56,254 bases of DNA from Deltaproteobacteria bacterium (GTDB lineage Bacteria; Myxococcota_A; Polyangia; GCA-2747355), in assembly GCA_019314525.1 (NCBI GenBank), contig JAFCZD010000002.1:1-56254 (forward strand). The letters are read 5' to 3'. The notes beneath the pieces are model-generated. The model was not told where the DNA came from, made no database searches, and was given only the letters and a program-made list of their open reading frames with translations. Below, piece by piece: positions 52,666 to 56,254 of the stretch. Position 1 is the stretch's first letter. Every line of letters starts with the position of its first letter. Position numbers and translations under genes: made by a program.

Positions 52666-55065
52666 CTAGTTGCGCAACGGCTTACCCTTTTGCAGCATGT
52701 GTTGCATCCGAGCGATGGTCTTGGGCTCTCCCAGCAGCGAGAGGAAGGTCTCTCGCTCGAGGTCGAGGATCTGCTGGTGACCGACCTTGACGCGTGTCGA
52801 GGTGTCACCGCCGCAGAGCACACGAGCCAGCTTGCCGGCGATCATCGCTTCGTGTCCTGTTACATGCTCTCCCTTTTCCATCCCATCGACGAACCAGCGG
52901 AAGGCCGCGGTGCCATTGTCACCGGGGAGGCGGAGCTTCAAGGGGCGTGGTTTGCGGTAGCCCGCCCGAGCCAGGCCCAATACCGTCTGTTTGGCGTCGT
53001 AGAGCAGACCATCGCGGTTGAAGCTGATCTTGTCCTGGGGCCGTAGGAAGCCGAGCTTGCGTGCTTCATCGGCGCCCACCGAGACCTTCGCCATAGCGAT
53101 ATTGGTGAAGGCTTGTTTGATGAAGGGCAACGGGTCAAAGCCTGGGTCATCGGGGAGGTTGCCGCAGAAGCGCTCGAGCATGGCCCAGCAGCCGCCTCCA
53201 GCGGGGATCAGCCCGACGCCGATCTCCACGAGCCCCATATAGGTCTCTGCATGAGCACGCACCGCATCGGAGGCCATGACTACCTCCGCGCCGCCGCCGA
53301 GGGCGAGGCCCGCGGGCGCCGTGACCACTGGCACACTGCAGAGGCGCATGCGCATCACGGCCTGCTGCAGATCGTTGATCATCTTCGTGAGGTCGTCCCA
53401 CTTCTTCATGCTCGCCGCGGCGATCACACCAAAGAGATTGGCACCAGCACAGAAGGCTTGGGGGTTCTCATTGCCAACCACCACACCGTTCCATCCCTCA
53501 GCCTCTGCAGTGTCTACCGCTTTGTGCAGCATGGCGATGATGTCAGGGTCGATGGCGTTCATCTTGGTGTGGAACTCAACGCCGAGCACGCCGTCGCCGA
53601 GATCAAAGAGGGTCGCCCCGCTGTTCTTGTCGATGACCTTCTCTTGCTCGCTGAGGGCGGCGAGCTTGATTTGCTTCGCGTCGCCTGGGAGGTCAACGTA
53701 GACCTTCTTGTGGAAGTCGTAGTAGGTCGGTTGGCTCGCGGTGCCGCTGTAGAAGGAGGTGATACCCTTGCCCAACATTTCCTTGATATTGGCTGGCACC
53801 GGGAGCCCCTCGCGCTCCATGCGCTCAACGCTCTCGGGCACACCGATGGCATCCCACGTTTCGAAGGGGCCGAGGTCCCAGGCGAAGCCCCACTTCATGG
53901 CGCTGTCGATATTGACGACGTCATCGGCGATCTCGCCCATGCGGTTGGCGGCGTAGATCAATACCTTGGCGGTGGCGTCCCAGGCCAGCTTCGCGTATTT
54001 GTCGTCATGGGCGATGAGCTTCTTGATGCGCTCTCCCACATCTTCAATCTTGCGCACAGCGCCAATGGAGTCGGCGCGTACTTTCTGTTTTTCCTGGTAC
54101 TCGAAGGTCGTGTAGTCCAGCACGCGGATCTCTTTGCCCTGCTTCTTGTAGAAGCCCTGGCCGCTCTTTTGTCCGAGCCATCCACGCTTGACGAGCTCGC
54201 GTAGGTAACCCGGCACGGCAAAGGTCTCACGACATTCGTCGCCGACGAGGTCCGTGTGACAGTGGTCGGCCACATGCACCAAGGTGTCGAGGCCCACCAT
54301 GTCGCCTGTGCGAAAGACTGCGCTCTTGGGGCGGCCCATGGGGGGGCCGAAGAGTGTGTCGATCTCTTCAACGCTCATGCCTTCGCGCTCCATGGCGTGC
54401 AGCAAATAGAGCATGCCGTAGGTGCCGATGCGGTTGGCGACGAAGTTGGGTGTGTCCTTACCGATGACGATGCCTTTGCCGAGGACCTCTCTGCCGAAGC
54501 GGATGATGAAGTCAAAGGCCTCAGGATCGGTCTCCTCGCCCGCCACAAGCTCGAGCAGACGCATGAAGCGCACAGGGTTGAAGAAATGAGTCACGAAAAA
54601 ATTGCGGCGGAAGTCGTCGCTGCGGCCGTCCACCATGGTGGCGATCTTCAAGCCAGAGGTGTTAGAGGTGATCAGCGTTCCTGGGCGGCGATGCTCTTCG
54701 AGCCTTGCGAAGAGGCTGCGCTTGATATCGAGGTTTTCGATAATGACTTCGATGAGCCAGTCGCACTCATTGATGCGGTGCAGATCGTCTTCGAAGTTGC
54801 CGACCTCGATGAGGTCTGCGTCAAAGGGATCGTGATAGGTTGGTGGCCTCGATTTCTTCGCTTTCTGCAGCGACGACGCAGCGAAGCGGTTGCGAAAGGC
54901 TGGATCCTCTCGTGTGATGCCTCGGGCCTTGTCCTCATCCGTTAACTTCGGTGGGACAATGTCGAGGAGCAGGACATCCAGGCCAGCTCCTGCTAGGTGA
55001 GCCGCGATTCCCGTCCCCATCACGCCTGCACCGAGCACTCCAACGCGCTTGATCTGTCGGGCCAT
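52666..55065 (-). CDS. fadN: Bifunctional 3-hydroxyacyl-CoA dehydrogenase / enoyl-CoA hydratase, FadN-type domain order
   Basis: N-terminal NAD-binding motif VGVLGAGVMGTGIAAHLA and a 3HCDH domain. C-terminal crotonase fold (FCAGANL...GGGAEV). ATG 55065 lies 5 nt after AAGGAG. Confidence 0.85.
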   Translation of the reverse strand: MARQIKRVGVLGAGVMGTGIAAHLAGAGLDVLLLDIVPPKLTDEDKARGITREDPAFRNRFAASSLQKAKKSRPPTYHDPFDADLIEVGNFEDDLHRINECDWLIEVIIENLDIKRSLFARLEEHRRPGTLITSNTSGLKIATMVDGRSDDFRRNFFVTHFFNPVRFMRLLELVAGEETDPEAFDFIIRFGREVLGKGIVIGKDTPNFVANRIGTYGMLYLLHAMEREGMSVEEIDTLFGPPMGRPKSAVFRTGDMVGLDTLVHVADHCHTDLVGDECRETFAVPGYLRELVKRGWLGQKSGQGFYKKQGKEIRVLDYTTFEYQEKQKVRADSIGAVRKIEDVGERIKKLIAHDDKYAKLAWDATAKVLIYAANRMGEIADDVVNIDSAMKWGFAWDLGPFETWDAIGVPESVERMEREGLPVPANIKEMLGKGITSFYSGTASQPTYYDFHKKVYVDLPGDAKQIKLAALSEQEKVIDKNSGATLFDLGDGVLGVEFHTKMNAIDPDIIAMLHKAVDTAEAEGWNGVVVGNENPQAFCAGANLFGVIAAASMKKWDDLTKMINDLQQAVMRMRLCSVPVVTAPAGLALGGGAEVVMASDAVRAHAETYMGLVEIGVGLIPAGGGCWAMLERFCGNLPDDPGFDPLPFIKQAFTNIAMAKVSVGADEARKLGFLRPQDKISFNRDGLLYDAKQTVLGLARAGYRKPRPLKLRLPGDNGTAAFRWFVDGMEKGEHVTGHEAMIAGKLARVLCGGDTSTRVKVGHQQILDLERETFLSLLGEPKTIARMQHMLQKGKPLRN

Positions 55066-55086
55066 GATCACTCCTTGGGTAATGAC

Positions 55087-55113
55087 GTCTCATGAGCTTT
55101 TCGCTCACGAGAC
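55087..55113. promoter_or_regulatory. Inverted repeat in the fadN 5' region (candidate operator or leader hairpin)
   Basis: gtctcatgagc-ttttc-gctcacgagac has 10 of 11 positions complementary. It lies 22-48 nt upstream of the fadN ATG. Confidence 0.35.
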
Positions 55114-55243
55114 ACTCCCTTTGCTATGCCGCACGCCATGTACGACAGGTAAAACCATTTGAGAATTGACACACTGAGTCGTATCACCTAGCCAATACTT
55201 GTTCAATCTCCGATCGTACCTACGGGCAAATGGAAAACGGACG

Positions 55244-56209
55244 ATGACCGAACTCTACCCCTTGACATTTGTGCCACGATTCAAGGAGCTTGTGTGGGGA
55301 GGCGCTCGCCTGGCCAGCGAGCTTGGCAAAGCCTGCCCACCTGCCAAACGCATTGGGGAGAGCTGGGAATTGGTAGACCTGCCAGATGACCAAAGCCTGG
55401 TGGCCGAGGGGGCTCTGGTAGGGCGCAGCTTGCAGGAGCTGATGGTGTCTTATCCTGAGGCGCTCTTGGGGCCCGTGGCGAGCGCTGAGGGGCGTTTTCC
55501 GCTGCTGGTTAAGTATATCGACGCGGCGCGCACGCTCTCCGTGCAAGTGCACCCAGACAAGGAGGCAGCACGAAAGCTGGGAGGGCGTCCCAAGCATGAG
55601 GCGTGGTACATCCTAGGTGTCGAGGCTGGTGCCAAGCTCTATGTGGGGCTGCAGCCTGGAACCACACAGGAGATGCTTCAAGAGGCCATCGCCAATGACA
55701 CATTGGAGAGCTTGTTGGTGGAGGTTGAGGCCTGTGTAGGAGATCTCGTGCCTGTGGAGCCGGGGATGGTGCACGCCATTGGCGCGGGTATCTTGCTGGC
55801 CGAGGTTCAACAGCCCTCGGACACGACTTTTCGTCTTCACGACTGGGGACGTGTGGGCCTTGATGGGCGAGCGCGCCCGCTGCACATTCACGAGGCGCTA
55901 GAGTCCATCAGTTTCTTCCCCGACCCGGTGAAAGCGGAGTTTGACAGTCGTGCCGCGAGCTATGACGCGGGACACTTCCTAATTCGCATTCATGACGCTT
56001 CACATGGAGAGCCACTCGGGCTGGGTGAGGGCCAAGGCCCTTTGGTGGTGGTGGGTCTTGATGGCGTGGGTCGGGTGGTCGACACCCAGGGACGTGGTGT
56101 CGAGATGCATCGGGGACAGGTCGCGCTTTTTCCTCATTGCTGTCGCCCCGCTCTTGTCGAGGGCGACGACCTCAAGGCGATGTTTGTCACGTTTCCTCTC
56201 CCACGATAG
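55244..56209 (+). CDS. manA: Class I mannose-6-phosphate isomerase
   Basis: ELYPLTFVPRFKELVWGG, GESWELVD, LLVKYIDAARTLSVQVHPD and HEAWYIL match the type I PMI (cupin) pattern. ATG 55244 preferred over TTG 55199. Confidence 0.8.
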   Translation: MTELYPLTFVPRFKELVWGGARLASELGKACPPAKRIGESWELVDLPDDQSLVAEGALVGRSLQELMVSYPEALLGPVASAEGRFPLLVKYIDAARTLSVQVHPDKEAARKLGGRPKHEAWYILGVEAGAKLYVGLQPGTTQEMLQEAIANDTLESLLVEVEACVGDLVPVEPGMVHAIGAGILLAEVQQPSDTTFRLHDWGRVGLDGRARPLHIHEALESISFFPDPVKAEFDSRAASYDAGHFLIRIHDASHGEPLGLGEGQGPLVVVGLDGVGRVVDTQGRGVEMHRGQVALFPHCCRPALVEGDDLKAMFVTFPLPR

Positions 56210-56254
56210 GGGCGCTCTGCTTTGACTGCCACCGCCATCCTCCTGGTCAGCGTG

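Overview
High-GC (~60%) bacterial chromosomal window. Gene style (many lipoproteins, NHL/FHA/PASTA proteins, multihaem cytochromes, RRM protein) suggests a Myxococcota/Bradymonadia-like deltaproteobacterium; this is inference only. Most of the window is ordinary core metabolism and information processing: cls, pepD, gdhA, radC, a Nudix hydrolase, UDP-xylose synthase, folC, rpoD, selA, gpsA, the fadN/fadA beta-oxidation pair, manA and tRNA-Lys(CUU). I saw no transposase, integrase, CRISPR array or recognisable defence system. The stand-out is a same-strand, partly translationally coupled block (about 10999-21526, core 12532-20601). It encodes a lipoprotein multihaem cytochrome, a predicted outer-membrane beta-barrel, a 13-motif multihaem cytochrome, a Tat-exported 4Fe-4S protein and an NrfD/HybB-like membrane protein fused to about 14 haem motifs, including an octahaem tetrathionate-reductase-like module. 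Together these look like a complete quinol-to-cell-surface electron conduit with an unusual architecture. Structure not explained by the ORF track includes two interspersed repeat families. R1 is a 172-bp structured element present as two inverted copies, each starting on a stop codon. R2 is a CTAG-bounded element of up to ~130 bp with at least four copies. There are also several short intergenic tandem arrays (14, 16, 20/39 and 7 bp), a 37-codon bTHX-like gene below the ORF cutoff, and an RRM RNA-binding gene that appears internally deleted and frameshifted. Many long ORFs in the track are antisense shadow ORFs typical of GC-rich DNA and were not called. Several starts were moved to internal codons with better Shine-Dalgarno support.
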